From the NCBI GenBank assembly GCA_963713975.1, contig OY970218.1:3456001-3520000 (forward strand): a DNA stretch of 64,000 nucleotides, written 5' to 3'. The DNA is from an uncultured Chloroflexia bacterium. GTDB taxonomy: Bacteria; Chloroflexota; Limnocylindria; Limnocylindrales; CSP1-4. Below the pieces are notes generated by a model. The model ran no database searches and was not told where the DNA came from. It saw only the letters and a program-made list of their open reading frames with translations. Numbering within the stretch: position 1 is the first letter of the stretch; the number at the start of each line of letters is the position of its first letter. The position numbers were made by a program, and so were the translations under genes. Shown piece by piece: positions 49,139 to 57,961 of this stretch.

Positions 49139-49259
49139 CGGTTGGGCCATCGTGCGGCGTTGTCGTGGCGCGCAGTATCCAAATCCTCACGGATCTGGTC
49201 CCGGTCCGTCAGCCCGACCCGGCACCAGTGCCGCGACGCCCGACAGGGAGGATTCCACC

Positions 49260-49478
49260 ATGACATTCCCGGCCTACAGCACCGAGTCCGCCTCGAGTGC
49301 CTCGCAGACGGCGGGCGGTCCGGTGACCTGCTCGAACTGCGGCTGCCGCCTGCAGCACGCCGCCGACCTCAACGGCTGGCTCCACTTCTCGCCGATGGCC
49401 GGCCGCGACGCACGCGGCTGTCGGGTCAGCTGCGCCGACGAGCTGCACGACTCGCGGGGTCACGCTCTCTCCCGCTGA
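49260..49478 (+). CDS. 72-aa Cys/His-rich small protein (putative metal-binding)
   Basis: GGGAGG RBS, MTFPAYS...CSNCGC...H...CRVSC...H...H, followed by a terminator. Confidence 0.65.
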   Translation: MTFPAYSTESASSASQTAGGPVTCSNCGCRLQHAADLNGWLHFSPMAGRDARGCRVSCADELHDSRGHALSR

Positions 49479-49514
49479 CGAGGGCGCGGGGCGACAAGCC
49501 CCCACCACAACGAC

Positions 49515-49545
49515 GCGACCCCGGGCCCGCCCCCGGGGTCGTTTC
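49515..49545 (+). terminator. Intrinsic terminator between the small gene and the response regulator
   Basis: GCGACCCCGGG...CCCGGGGTCGT stem then TTTC. Confidence 0.65.
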
Positions 49546-49582
49546 GATTCCGGGGAGGCCCATGACGGATGGCGCCTGGGTA

Positions 49583-50305
49583 TCAGGCCTGCTCGTCCGC
49601 CTCGATCCGGTAGCCCACCGACCTGACGGCCACGATCCGTGGGCCACCGACGGCCTCGAGCTTCGAGCGCAATCGGGCCAGGTGCGGCTTGAGCCAGAGC
49701 AGGTCCGGATCGGGTTCCGCCGGCCACCCGGCCCGGGCCAGGCGGTGGTGGGCGACGAGGTCCCCGCCGGCCCGGACCAGGGCCTCGAGCAGGCGGAACT
49801 CGGTCGGCGTCAGTCCAAGCGAGTAGGCTCCGACCCTTGCCTCGTGGCGTGCCGGCTCCACGGTCAGCGATCCCGCGGTCAGCACTCCGGGCGGGCCATC
49901 CCCCGAGGAGGCCCGCCCCGTCCCGGCGAGGTCCACCCGGCGCATGACGGCGGAGATGCGCGCCAGGAGCTCCTGCTTGCCGAACGGCTTGACCAGGTAG
50001 TCGTCTGCGCCGATCCCCAGGGCCTTCACCTTGGCCGCCTCGGCGCTCTCGCCCGAAACGACCAGGACCGGGACGTTGCCGGACGACCGCAGCTGGCCGA
50101 TGACCGTGAACCCGTCCGGGCCGGGCATGGCAAGGTCCAGGAGTACGAGGTCGGGTCGCTCTTCCCGGAATCGCTTCACGGCGGTCAGGCCGTCATAGGC
50201 AGTGATGACCTGGTGGCCCTCGGTGCCGACCAGGGCCGTGATCGCCCCGACCATGGCCGGGTCGTCATCCACCACCAGGATGCGCAGGGGTCTCGTTCCG
50301 ATCAC
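49583..50305 (-). CDS. OmpR/PhoB (KdpE-like) response regulator
   Basis: ILVVDDD, LLDLAMP, ADDYLVKPF, LTPTEFRLL, RLRSKL, VRSVGY; the GTG start is inferred. Confidence 0.9.
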   Translation of the reverse strand: MIGTRPLRILVVDDDPAMVGAITALVGTEGHQVITAYDGLTAVKRFREERPDLVLLDLAMPGPDGFTVIGQLRSSGNVPVLVVSGESAEAAKVKALGIGADDYLVKPFGKQELLARISAVMRRVDLAGTGRASSGDGPPGVLTAGSLTVEPARHEARVGAYSLGLTPTEFRLLEALVRAGGDLVAHHRLARAGWPAEPDPDLLWLKPHLARLRSKLEAVGGPRIVAVRSVGYRIEADEQA

Positions 50306-50325
50306 TCGGGTTGCCTCACTTTCGA

Positions 50326-51762
50326 TCAGACGGCGACAGACGCGGGCAGGGCGAGCACGAAGCGCGCACCACCAGCGGAGGCGGGCTCGCACCACAGGCG
50401 ACCCCGCATCAATTCGGCAAGGCGGCGCGCCGCATAGAGCCCGATACCGGACCCTCGTGCGGTCAGCGTCTCGCGCCGGGAATAGGGTTCGAAGATCCGC
50501 TCCCGCCATTCGGGCGGGATACCGGGTCCCTCGTCGGAGATCGCGATCCTCACCACGCCCTCCACGAGCGACCACTCGAGCTCCACCCGTGTGTCGGGCG
50601 GTGCGTACTTCACGGCGTTCTCCAGCAGGTGCTCGAGCACCTGGCGGAGGCGGGCCGGATCCGCCAGGACGTGGAGCCGCCACGACCGCGCGATCTCCGT
50701 CCTGTGGCGTTGCAGCAGGGGCGCCACGTCCTCAAGCAGCGGCTCGATGAAGGCGTGGAGGTCGATGGAATGGAGCTCCGGTGGCTGCTCCGGGACCACC
50801 CGGATGGACTCGAGGATCGAGTCCACGAGCCTGTCGAGCCGCTCGATCTGCTCAAGTGTTCCCAGGTGCCAGGCTGCTCGGGTCGTGCGGCGCTTCGTGT
50901 CCCGCGACTGGCGGCCGTTCAGCAGCGGCTCCTCCGCCAGCAGGTCCGTGTAGGCGCGCACGACGGCGAGCGGTGTCCTGAGCTCGTGGGTTACCAGCGC
51001 GATGAGCTCGTTCCGCGCCTGGTCCAGGGCCTGCAGCTGGGCGACCTGGGCTTCGGCCTCACGCTGGAGCCGACCCTTCTCCAGGATCCCCGCCAGGAGA
51101 TCCGCGATGGCGGACAGCTGGGCGACATCCTCGGCCGTGAAGGCCCTGCGTTCCTCGGTCTGGATGTTGAGCACGCCGATGAGCTGGTCGTGCCAGGTCA
51201 GGGGAACGGAGAGCATGGACGCGATGAACCGGCGCTGGTCCAGTCCGCGGACCCACAGGAATCGCGGGTCGTCGGCGATGTCGGGCACGATGATCGGGCA
51301 CCGCGTGGCCGCCGCGGATCCCGTGATCCCCTCCCCGAACGGCACCGAGACTCGACCGATGTGATGCCGGTCGAGGCCGTTCGTGGCAGCGAGGGTGAGC
51401 GACACCTGGTCGCGGTCCATCAGGTACAGCGACGACACCGTGGCCCGCAGGGCGTTGCGGGTCCCATCGACGACCGTCTCGAGGAGCTCCTCCCACGTCT
51501 GGGCGGTGGTCGCCAGGCGAAGGAGCTCATGCAGGAACTGGAGCTGGGCGACCGGATCGTGGGCGGGCGGAGGCGCCGGCAGGTGCGGCTCCCCGAGCGG
51601 CTGGCCGATGATGGGCGATGGGTCGGCAGTGGGCGCCGGGTCCGTGGCGGGCGAGGTCGACGCGACCGGATCCGGGACCTTCGGGGCGGCGTCGACCGAC
51701 GGCCCGTCGGCGGGCCGCTTGGCCATGAACTGGCCGTCCTCGAGTCGTGCCATCGCGATCAT
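50326..51762 (-). CDS. Cytoplasmic GAF-domain sensor histidine kinase
   Basis: GAF (SLYLMD...LAATNGL...GEGITG...DDPRF...SMLSVPL...GVLNIQ), H box THELRTPL, N box ENAVKY, DEGPGI, GSGIGL; no TM segment. Confidence 0.9.
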   Translation of the reverse strand: MIAMARLEDGQFMAKRPADGPSVDAAPKVPDPVASTSPATDPAPTADPSPIIGQPLGEPHLPAPPPAHDPVAQLQFLHELLRLATTAQTWEELLETVVDGTRNALRATVSSLYLMDRDQVSLTLAATNGLDRHHIGRVSVPFGEGITGSAAATRCPIIVPDIADDPRFLWVRGLDQRRFIASMLSVPLTWHDQLIGVLNIQTEERRAFTAEDVAQLSAIADLLAGILEKGRLQREAEAQVAQLQALDQARNELIALVTHELRTPLAVVRAYTDLLAEEPLLNGRQSRDTKRRTTRAAWHLGTLEQIERLDRLVDSILESIRVVPEQPPELHSIDLHAFIEPLLEDVAPLLQRHRTEIARSWRLHVLADPARLRQVLEHLLENAVKYAPPDTRVELEWSLVEGVVRIAISDEGPGIPPEWRERIFEPYSRRETLTARGSGIGLYAARRLAELMRGRLWCEPASAGGARFVLALPASVAV

Positions 51763-51796
51763 TCTCCCAGCCTAGGCCCCTTCGCCACCTTCGTCG

Positions 51797-51823
51797 GTTG
51801 CGGCGTGGTAGCGGGACGGTGCC
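51797..51823 (-). promoter_or_regulatory. GGCAC-N6-GCTAC-N6-GCAAC box upstream of the kinase operon, near -10 TAGGCT at 51769-51774
   Basis: Minus-strand 11-bp-periodic repeats ending 22 nt before a TAnnnT hexamer. Confidence 0.5.
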
Positions 51824-51888
51824 CATGCAGTCAAACCGTAACTCTCGAGCGCCTGACACGCGAGCCCTCCACCGTCATCCTTAGGCCG

Positions 51889-54789
51889 ATGGCACCCCGT
51901 AACGAGCGCCCGACGCCGGCGCGGCCGGCGAAACCCCGGACCGCGCGCTTTGCAGCGGTCGTCGCCGAGCCGTCCGGGCCGGGCCTTGCGCCAGGGCGCG
52001 ACCCGCTGCGGCGCGACGTGAAGCTCCTTGGCTCGCTGCTTGGCCAGGTGATCGCCGAGCAGGGCGGCCGCGAGCTGTTCAGCCTCGTCGAGCGCACCCG
52101 GCGATGGGCGATCGCGCTGCGACGCGGCGCTCTCTCGACCCCTGCCGAGGCCCCTGCGGATCATGGCCGGCTGACGGCCGAGGTCGCGACGCTCGATCTC
52201 GAGACCCTGGCGTCGGTGGGCAAGGCATTCACGCTGTACTTTCAGCTCATCAACCTCGCCGAGGAGCGGCAGCGGATCCGGATGCTGCGCACGAGGGCGC
52301 GCAGGGCGCGAGGAAGGGCGATCGACGATTCCATCGCCGAGGCCGTGACCATGCTGGGCGCCATCCACGGGCGCGATGATGTCGCGGCGATGTTGGCCCG
52401 GGCCAACGTCCACCCGGTGCTGACCGCCCATCCAACCGAGGCGCGCCGGAGGACGCTCCTGGTCGCCCAGCGCCGGATCCGTCGCCTGCTGGACTCGCTG
52501 GATGATCCCCTCACGACGCCGGACGAGGACGCCGACGTGCGGCGGCGGATCCGGGAGGAGATCTCGCTCCTGTGGCACACCGGCGATGTCCGCTCGATCG
52601 CGCCGACGCCCCTCGACGAGATCCGCTCCGAGCTGGCGATCTTCGACGAGACGCTGTTCATCGCGGTGCCCAGGTTCCAGCGGGCCGTCGACCGGGCGCT
52701 GGACGCGGTGGCCCCACCCCCGGGGCCCGGGGCCGTGGCCGGCGACACGGGCCTCACCGGTACGCGGCCCGTCGGCGCGCCGGCGCTGCTCCGCTTTGGC
52801 TCGTGGATCGGGGCTGATCGGGACGGCCACCCCGGCGTGACGTCCGATGTCACCCTTCAGGCGGCCCGCCTCCAGGCCGACCACCTGCTCCGGGGCTACC
52901 AGGCCGTGTGCTCCCGCCTGATGCAGACCGTGGCGGCGCGCGTCCCGGCCGACCGCCTGGACCGGGCGCTGGACACCGCCCTCGTCCGTGACGCGGAGGA
53001 GCTGCCGGACACGCACCGCCAGCTGCGCCGGCGCTTTCCGGACGAGCCGTATCGACAGCGCCTCGGCGTGATCGCCGAGCGACTCCGCCGGACCCGTGCG
53101 GCGCTGACCGGGGAGACGGCACCCCGCAGCGGCGGCTACCGCGACGCCTCCGTCCTCGACGCCGAGCTCGCGGTGCTCCAGGAGGCGCTGGTCGCCGACG
53201 GGCTGGCACGTGTCGCCTGGGGCGAGCTCGCGGATCTCCGCTGGCAGGTCGGAACGTTCGGGTTCCACCTGGCCTCGCTCGAGGTCCGCCAGCACGCCGC
53301 CGTCCATCGGGCCACGCTCGCCGCGCTCCAGGACGGCAGCGACCCGGAGACCGAGGTCACCGGTGGGGTCACGGCCGCCGAGGTCCTCGCCACGTTCCGC
53401 TCGATCGCGCGCATCCAGGCGCGCTTCGGCATCGAGGCCTGTCACCGCTATGTGATCAGCTTCACCACGTCCGCACGTGACGTCGCCGCCGTCCTGGAGC
53501 TCGCCCACGCCGCCGCGGGGCCCGAGCCGTTCGGGCGGCCGTCGCCCACGCTTGCCGACCTGGCCCCGGCGATACCCGTCCTGGACGTGGTGCCCCTGCT
53601 GGAATCTGCCGATGCCCTGACCGACGCAGGTGCGCTCCTCGATGAGCTGCTCGCCGATCCCGCCTACCGCGCGCACCTGCGTTCGCGGGGCGATGCCCAG
53701 GAGGTGATGCTGGGGTACTCCGACTCGTCCAAGGAGAGCGGGTTCCTGGCCGCCAACTGGCAGCTCTACCTGGCGCAGGAGGCGCTGGTGGGGACCGCCC
53801 GCCGGCACGGCGTGACCCTCACCCTGTTCCACGGCCGGGGTGGGGCCATCGGGCGGGGTGGTGGGCCGGCCACCCGGGCGATCCTCGCCCAGGCCCCGGG
53901 ATCCGTGGACGGCCGCCTCAAGTTCACCGAGCAGGGCGAGGTGATCTCGGCGCACTACGCGGACGTGACGATCGCCCAACGGCACCTCGAGCAGGTCACC
54001 GCCGCGACGCTGCTCGCCTCGACGCCGGAACACGAGCGCGAGACGGCCTCCGCGGCGGCCTCGGGCCGGCCCACGATGACCGAGCTGACCTCGATCTCGC
54101 GGAAGGCCTACCGGGCACTGGTGGAGCACGAGGGCTTCGCCGAGTTCTTCGAGGCCGCGACGCCGATCGACCTCATCGCCGGCCTGGGCCTCGGGTCGCG
54201 GCCGTCATCCCGCCCGCGAGGCGCACGGGGCGCCAAGGGCGGCACGCTGGACCTCAACTCGCTGCGGGCGATCCCGTGGGTGTTCGCCTGGTCGCAGTCG
54301 CGCGGCAACATCCCCGGCTGGTATGGCCTTGGCTCGGCCCTCGAGACCGTGACCAGGCAAGGCGGGCAGGCGATGGTCGATCACCTGCACGAGCTGTACC
54401 GGACATGGCCCTTTTTCGCTTCCGTGATCGACAACGCCGAGCTGTCCCTTGCCAAGGCGGATCTCGCGACCTTCCGGCGCTACGCCGGCCTGGCCGCCGG
54501 ACCCGACGCGGTCGCCATCCGGGACCTGGTCGCCGCCGAGTTCGCCCGTTCGGTCAGGCTCCTCCTCCTCGTCACCGGCCACGCCCGACTGCTCGAGGGC
54601 CACGCGACCCTCGCCCTGTCGATCGACCTGCGCAACCCGTACGTGGATGCACTGTCGGCGATCCAGGTGGAGCTCCTTGGCAGGCTCCGGGATGCGGAGG
54701 GAAGCGATCGGAGCGACGCGACGGCCATCCGGGGGGTCGTCGGCGCCACCATCAACGGGATCGCGGCCGGGCTCCAGAACACCGGGTAG
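51889..54789 (+). CDS. ppc: Phosphoenolpyruvate carboxylase
   Basis: PLRRDVKLLG, VLTAHPTE, SWIGADRDG, QEVMLGYSDS, FHGRGG, LRAIPWVFAWSQ, GIAAGLQNTG. Confidence 0.95.
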   Translation: MAPRNERPTPARPAKPRTARFAAVVAEPSGPGLAPGRDPLRRDVKLLGSLLGQVIAEQGGRELFSLVERTRRWAIALRRGALSTPAEAPADHGRLTAEVATLDLETLASVGKAFTLYFQLINLAEERQRIRMLRTRARRARGRAIDDSIAEAVTMLGAIHGRDDVAAMLARANVHPVLTAHPTEARRRTLLVAQRRIRRLLDSLDDPLTTPDEDADVRRRIREEISLLWHTGDVRSIAPTPLDEIRSELAIFDETLFIAVPRFQRAVDRALDAVAPPPGPGAVAGDTGLTGTRPVGAPALLRFGSWIGADRDGHPGVTSDVTLQAARLQADHLLRGYQAVCSRLMQTVAARVPADRLDRALDTALVRDAEELPDTHRQLRRRFPDEPYRQRLGVIAERLRRTRAALTGETAPRSGGYRDASVLDAELAVLQEALVADGLARVAWGELADLRWQVGTFGFHLASLEVRQHAAVHRATLAALQDGSDPETEVTGGVTAAEVLATFRSIARIQARFGIEACHRYVISFTTSARDVAAVLELAHAAAGPEPFGRPSPTLADLAPAIPVLDVVPLLESADALTDAGALLDELLADPAYRAHLRSRGDAQEVMLGYSDSSKESGFLAANWQLYLAQEALVGTARRHGVTLTLFHGRGGAIGRGGGPATRAILAQAPGSVDGRLKFTEQGEVISAHYADVTIAQRHLEQVTAATLLASTPEHERETASAAASGRPTMTELTSISRKAYRALVEHEGFAEFFEAATPIDLIAGLGLGSRPSSRPRGARGAKGGTLDLNSLRAIPWVFAWSQSRGNIPGWYGLGSALETVTRQGGQAMVDHLHELYRTWPFFASVIDNAELSLAKADLATFRRYAGLAAGPDAVAIRDLVAAEFARSVRLLLLVTGHARLLEGHATLALSIDLRNPYVDALSAIQVELLGRLRDAEGSDRSDATAIRGVVGATINGIAAGLQNTG

Positions 54790-54864
54790 CCCAGCGCCGC
54801 GGACCCGCACGCGGCACCATGGTCGCAACGCGCCGGCACGGCGCACGCACGAGGAGACGGCGCG

Positions 54865-55983
54865 GTGCGCGAGATCCGGGCGGCGGTCATCAACGCGGCG
54901 GGCCAGCGGACCGCCATCGAGACGCTGCGCCTCGACGACCCGGGGCCGGGCGAGGTCCTGGTGCGCATGACCGCGGCGGGCGTCTGCCACTCCGATCTCC
55001 ACGTCCGCGACGGGCACTGGAAGCGCCCCGGGCCGATCGTGATGGGCCACGAAGGCGCATGCGTGGTCGAGGCCGTCGGGCCGGGCGTCGATCCCGATCT
55101 CGTCGGACGGCCGGCGGCCCTGTCCTGGTACGCGCCGTGCCTGCGCTGCCGCGAGTGCCAGCGGGGCCGCCAGTGGCTCTGCTCCGGATCGCCGTCCCTG
55201 CGCCACTCGCAGGCAGACGGGACGACACGCCTGTCCCGCGCGGATGGATCGCCGGTCCTCGTCTACCTCTCGATCGGGACGATGAGCACGCGGCAGGTCG
55301 TGCCGGCGACCGCGGTCGTGCCGATGCCCGACGGCGTACCACCCGAGGTGGCCGCCCTGATCGGCTGTGGGGTCTCGACCGGCGTGGGAGCGGTGGTCAA
55401 GACCGCCGACGTGGAGTCCGGTTCGACAGTTGCGGTCATCGGCCTCGGTGGCGTCGGCCTCTCGTGCGTCATGGGCGCGGTGCTCGCGGGCGCGCGCCGG
55501 ATCGTCGCGGTGGATGTCAACCGGGCCAAGATCGATCTCGCCATCGGGCTCGGTGCCACGCACGGGGTCCTGTCGGATCCGGCCGATCCGCCTGGAGCCG
55601 TCGAGGCCATGCGGGCAGCCGCGGGCGATGGTGGACCGGACTACGTGTTCGAGGCCATCGGACGTCCCCAGACCATCGCCCAGGCGATCGCGGCCCTGCC
55701 ACCCGGCGGAACGGCGGTGCTCGTTGGCCTCACCCGGTTCGGCGAGGAGGCATCGTTCGAGGCGTTCCCGTTCGTCGACGGCGGGCGGCGGATCCTGGGC
55801 TCCAACTACGGGTCCGCTGTTGCCTCAATGGACTTCCCGCGCTATGCGGATGCCTACCTCGCGGGGCGGCTGCCCGTGGACCGGCTGATCGACCGCCACC
55901 TGCCACTGGGCGATCTGGAGGACGCCTTCGACCGTCTCCGGGCCGGCGAGGCCGCCCGCCAGATCGTGATGTTCGAGAGCTGA
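54865..55983 (+). CDS. Zinc-dependent alcohol dehydrogenase (class III/AdhC-like MDR)
   Basis: GVCHSD, MGHE, CxxCxxC-x7-C, GCGVSTG, GLGGVG. Confidence 0.9.
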   Translation: MREIRAAVINAAGQRTAIETLRLDDPGPGEVLVRMTAAGVCHSDLHVRDGHWKRPGPIVMGHEGACVVEAVGPGVDPDLVGRPAALSWYAPCLRCRECQRGRQWLCSGSPSLRHSQADGTTRLSRADGSPVLVYLSIGTMSTRQVVPATAVVPMPDGVPPEVAALIGCGVSTGVGAVVKTADVESGSTVAVIGLGGVGLSCVMGAVLAGARRIVAVDVNRAKIDLAIGLGATHGVLSDPADPPGAVEAMRAAAGDGGPDYVFEAIGRPQTIAQAIAALPPGGTAVLVGLTRFGEEASFEAFPFVDGGRRILGSNYGSAVASMDFPRYADAYLAGRLPVDRLIDRHLPLGDLEDAFDRLRAGEAARQIVMFES

Positions 55984-55989
55984 GCGGCT

Positions 55990-57960
55990 CTACGGAACGT
56001 CCACCTGCCGCACGGCCAGTACGCCACGGTCGTCACCGATGCCATCCAGCACGACCTGGTAGCGCATGCCGGAGGCGAGGCACCCGACCCGCACCGAGCC
56101 GGCTCCTGCCGGGCCCGTGGCCTCCAGCACCCCATCCAGCGTGAGGCCGCCGCCGGGCATCAAGCCGGCCGAGGCCGGGAAGGCCCGGACCGCCACGCTC
56201 TCGGCATCGATCCCGGACAGATCGTAGGCCACATCGACGCTGGTGCAGGCACCGGCGACCGGCGCGAGAGCGACCTGGTCGAGGCAGAAGTCGACCCCGC
56301 CGAAGACCGCGGACTCCCCGCACGAGGCGCCGCCCAAGGCGTCGAGCCTGGTCATCGGCCGTGCGAACGAGCCCTCGGCGAGATGTGCGTACGGCGACAG
56401 ACTGGTCCCGAGCTTGAACACGGGCGACGCGACCTCGGACAGCGCGACCGTGAACCCCGCCACGCCGCTGCCGGTCGTGAAGGTGCCGACCGGGCTGGCT
56501 CCCGCCGTGAGCCCACTCCCGGCCACCGCCTGGAAGGCGTACGTCGTGGCGGCCTTCACATCGAGCCGGGCGAGGGTGACGATCGTGCCGAGCAGGTTCA
56601 TCGAGGACATCGACGATGCCTGCAGCACGCTCGCCGGGCTCTCGCCCTGGACCCAGAACTTGACGTCCGCGGTGGCCGGTGGGTCCACGGTGAACCCGAC
56701 GATGGCCACGTTGGCGCGGTCGGAGTCGACGAACACCACGTTCACCTCGGGGCCGCTCGGAAGCTGGAGGAGCGGTTGGTCACCCGCGCTGAAGACGGCC
56801 TCGAGCCCGACCGGACACGATGCGAGCCCCGGGTTGATCAGGCAGATGTCGAACAGGGGCACGAGGTCGATGCCGGTCCGCACCGGGCCGACCACTGGTG
56901 GCTCCACGGGCAACGGCAGGACGAGGTCCAGGTCTCCGGGCTCGACGGGCATGAAGCCCGACGGGACCGGCACGGGTGTCACGCCCGGATCGAGGGACGC
57001 CGGCGCGTCGGTCGCGTCGGGATCGGGCGTGCTGGAGGCGCCGCCGGCGTCCGGCGGGATCGGGAGAACGTCCGGACCCACCACGTCGGGCGCGACGCCG
57101 CCCGGCGGGAAGGCCCACATCGCCGGGATGCGGCCGCCACCGAACGCCATCGCGAACGCGTCGACGACCGAGGCCGGCCACCAGTCGCCCTGATAGCCCC
57201 CGCCGGGGCGGCCGAGGGGGTCGATGACGTAGTAGGCCTCGGGGATGCCCCGCTTGGCATTCCCCGGGTAATAGCCGTCGAGGTAGATCGCGTGCCCGCC
57301 GGTGAAGCTGGGCTGGAGACGCAGGCCCGCCGGGATCTCGCCGTAGACGCCCTGCACGACGGCGCCGTACCCCGAGGCGAGGAGGTCCTTGAGCTGCTGG
57401 GGACGGAGCAGGCCGGATGGCGCCGAGACACCGTAGCCGCGCCACAGCGCCTGGGCCAGGTCGTTGAGGCCCGTGCCGCCGTCCTGGTCGTCCTGGAGCG
57501 TCCGCAGCACGGATCCATTGGTGACGATCCCGAACGCCAGCCGCGCGAGCATGGACCCCGAGGCAAGCGTGCAGTTGGCGCCCTGGAACGGACCCCCATC
57601 GAACTGGGTGATCGGCCTGATCCGCGGGAACCCCGTCGGGTCCACAAAGGACGCAGGGGCCGCGGCAGCCGGCTGCTCGCCGTCTCCGAGGAGGGCCGCG
57701 GCGGCGGCGCTCAGGTCCTCAGGTGCGAGGCCCCCTGTGGCCACCAGGTCCGCGGCGATGTTCTCGTCGAACGCCACGACGGGCCCCGGCCCGGACGGCG
57801 TGTCGGCGCCGGCGAGCATGTACTCCGGGGCCGCCCCGGCCGACGAGACGGGCGAGCGGTCCTGCATCGCGGCGACCACGACGCTGGCGATCACCGCCCC
57901 GATGAGCGCGCTTATCCCGAACACGAGGATCCTGGGCAGGAGCGCCATCACGCGGCTCAT
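55990..57960 (-). CDS. Membrane-anchored/exported protein with a C39-like (papain-fold) peptidase domain and C-terminal beta-sandwich domains
   Basis: N-terminal TM; QFDGG...ANCTLASGSM (Gln/Cys), GGHAIYLDG (His), YVIDPL (Asp); Pro-rich linker. Confidence 0.6.
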   Translation of the reverse strand: MSRVMALLPRILVFGISALIGAVIASVVVAAMQDRSPVSSAGAAPEYMLAGADTPSGPGPVVAFDENIAADLVATGGLAPEDLSAAAAALLGDGEQPAAAAPASFVDPTGFPRIRPITQFDGGPFQGANCTLASGSMLARLAFGIVTNGSVLRTLQDDQDGGTGLNDLAQALWRGYGVSAPSGLLRPQQLKDLLASGYGAVVQGVYGEIPAGLRLQPSFTGGHAIYLDGYYPGNAKRGIPEAYYVIDPLGRPGGGYQGDWWPASVVDAFAMAFGGGRIPAMWAFPPGGVAPDVVGPDVLPIPPDAGGASSTPDPDATDAPASLDPGVTPVPVPSGFMPVEPGDLDLVLPLPVEPPVVGPVRTGIDLVPLFDICLINPGLASCPVGLEAVFSAGDQPLLQLPSGPEVNVVFVDSDRANVAIVGFTVDPPATADVKFWVQGESPASVLQASSMSSMNLLGTIVTLARLDVKAATTYAFQAVAGSGLTAGASPVGTFTTGSGVAGFTVALSEVASPVFKLGTSLSPYAHLAEGSFARPMTRLDALGGASCGESAVFGGVDFCLDQVALAPVAGACTSVDVAYDLSGIDAESVAVRAFPASAGLMPGGGLTLDGVLEATGPAGAGSVRVGCLASGMRYQVVLDGIGDDRGVLAVRQVDVP

Positions 57961-57961
57961 G

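Noticed and set aside
49190-49250. Leader hairpin as a known glutamine riboswitch
   Set aside because: No recognisable glnA-motif consensus; kept only as an unclassified hairpin.
50311-51888. 526-aa N-terminal extension of the 1492-aa ppc ORF
   Set aside because: It is the antisense shadow of the histidine kinase; PEPC similarity begins after the ATG at 51889.
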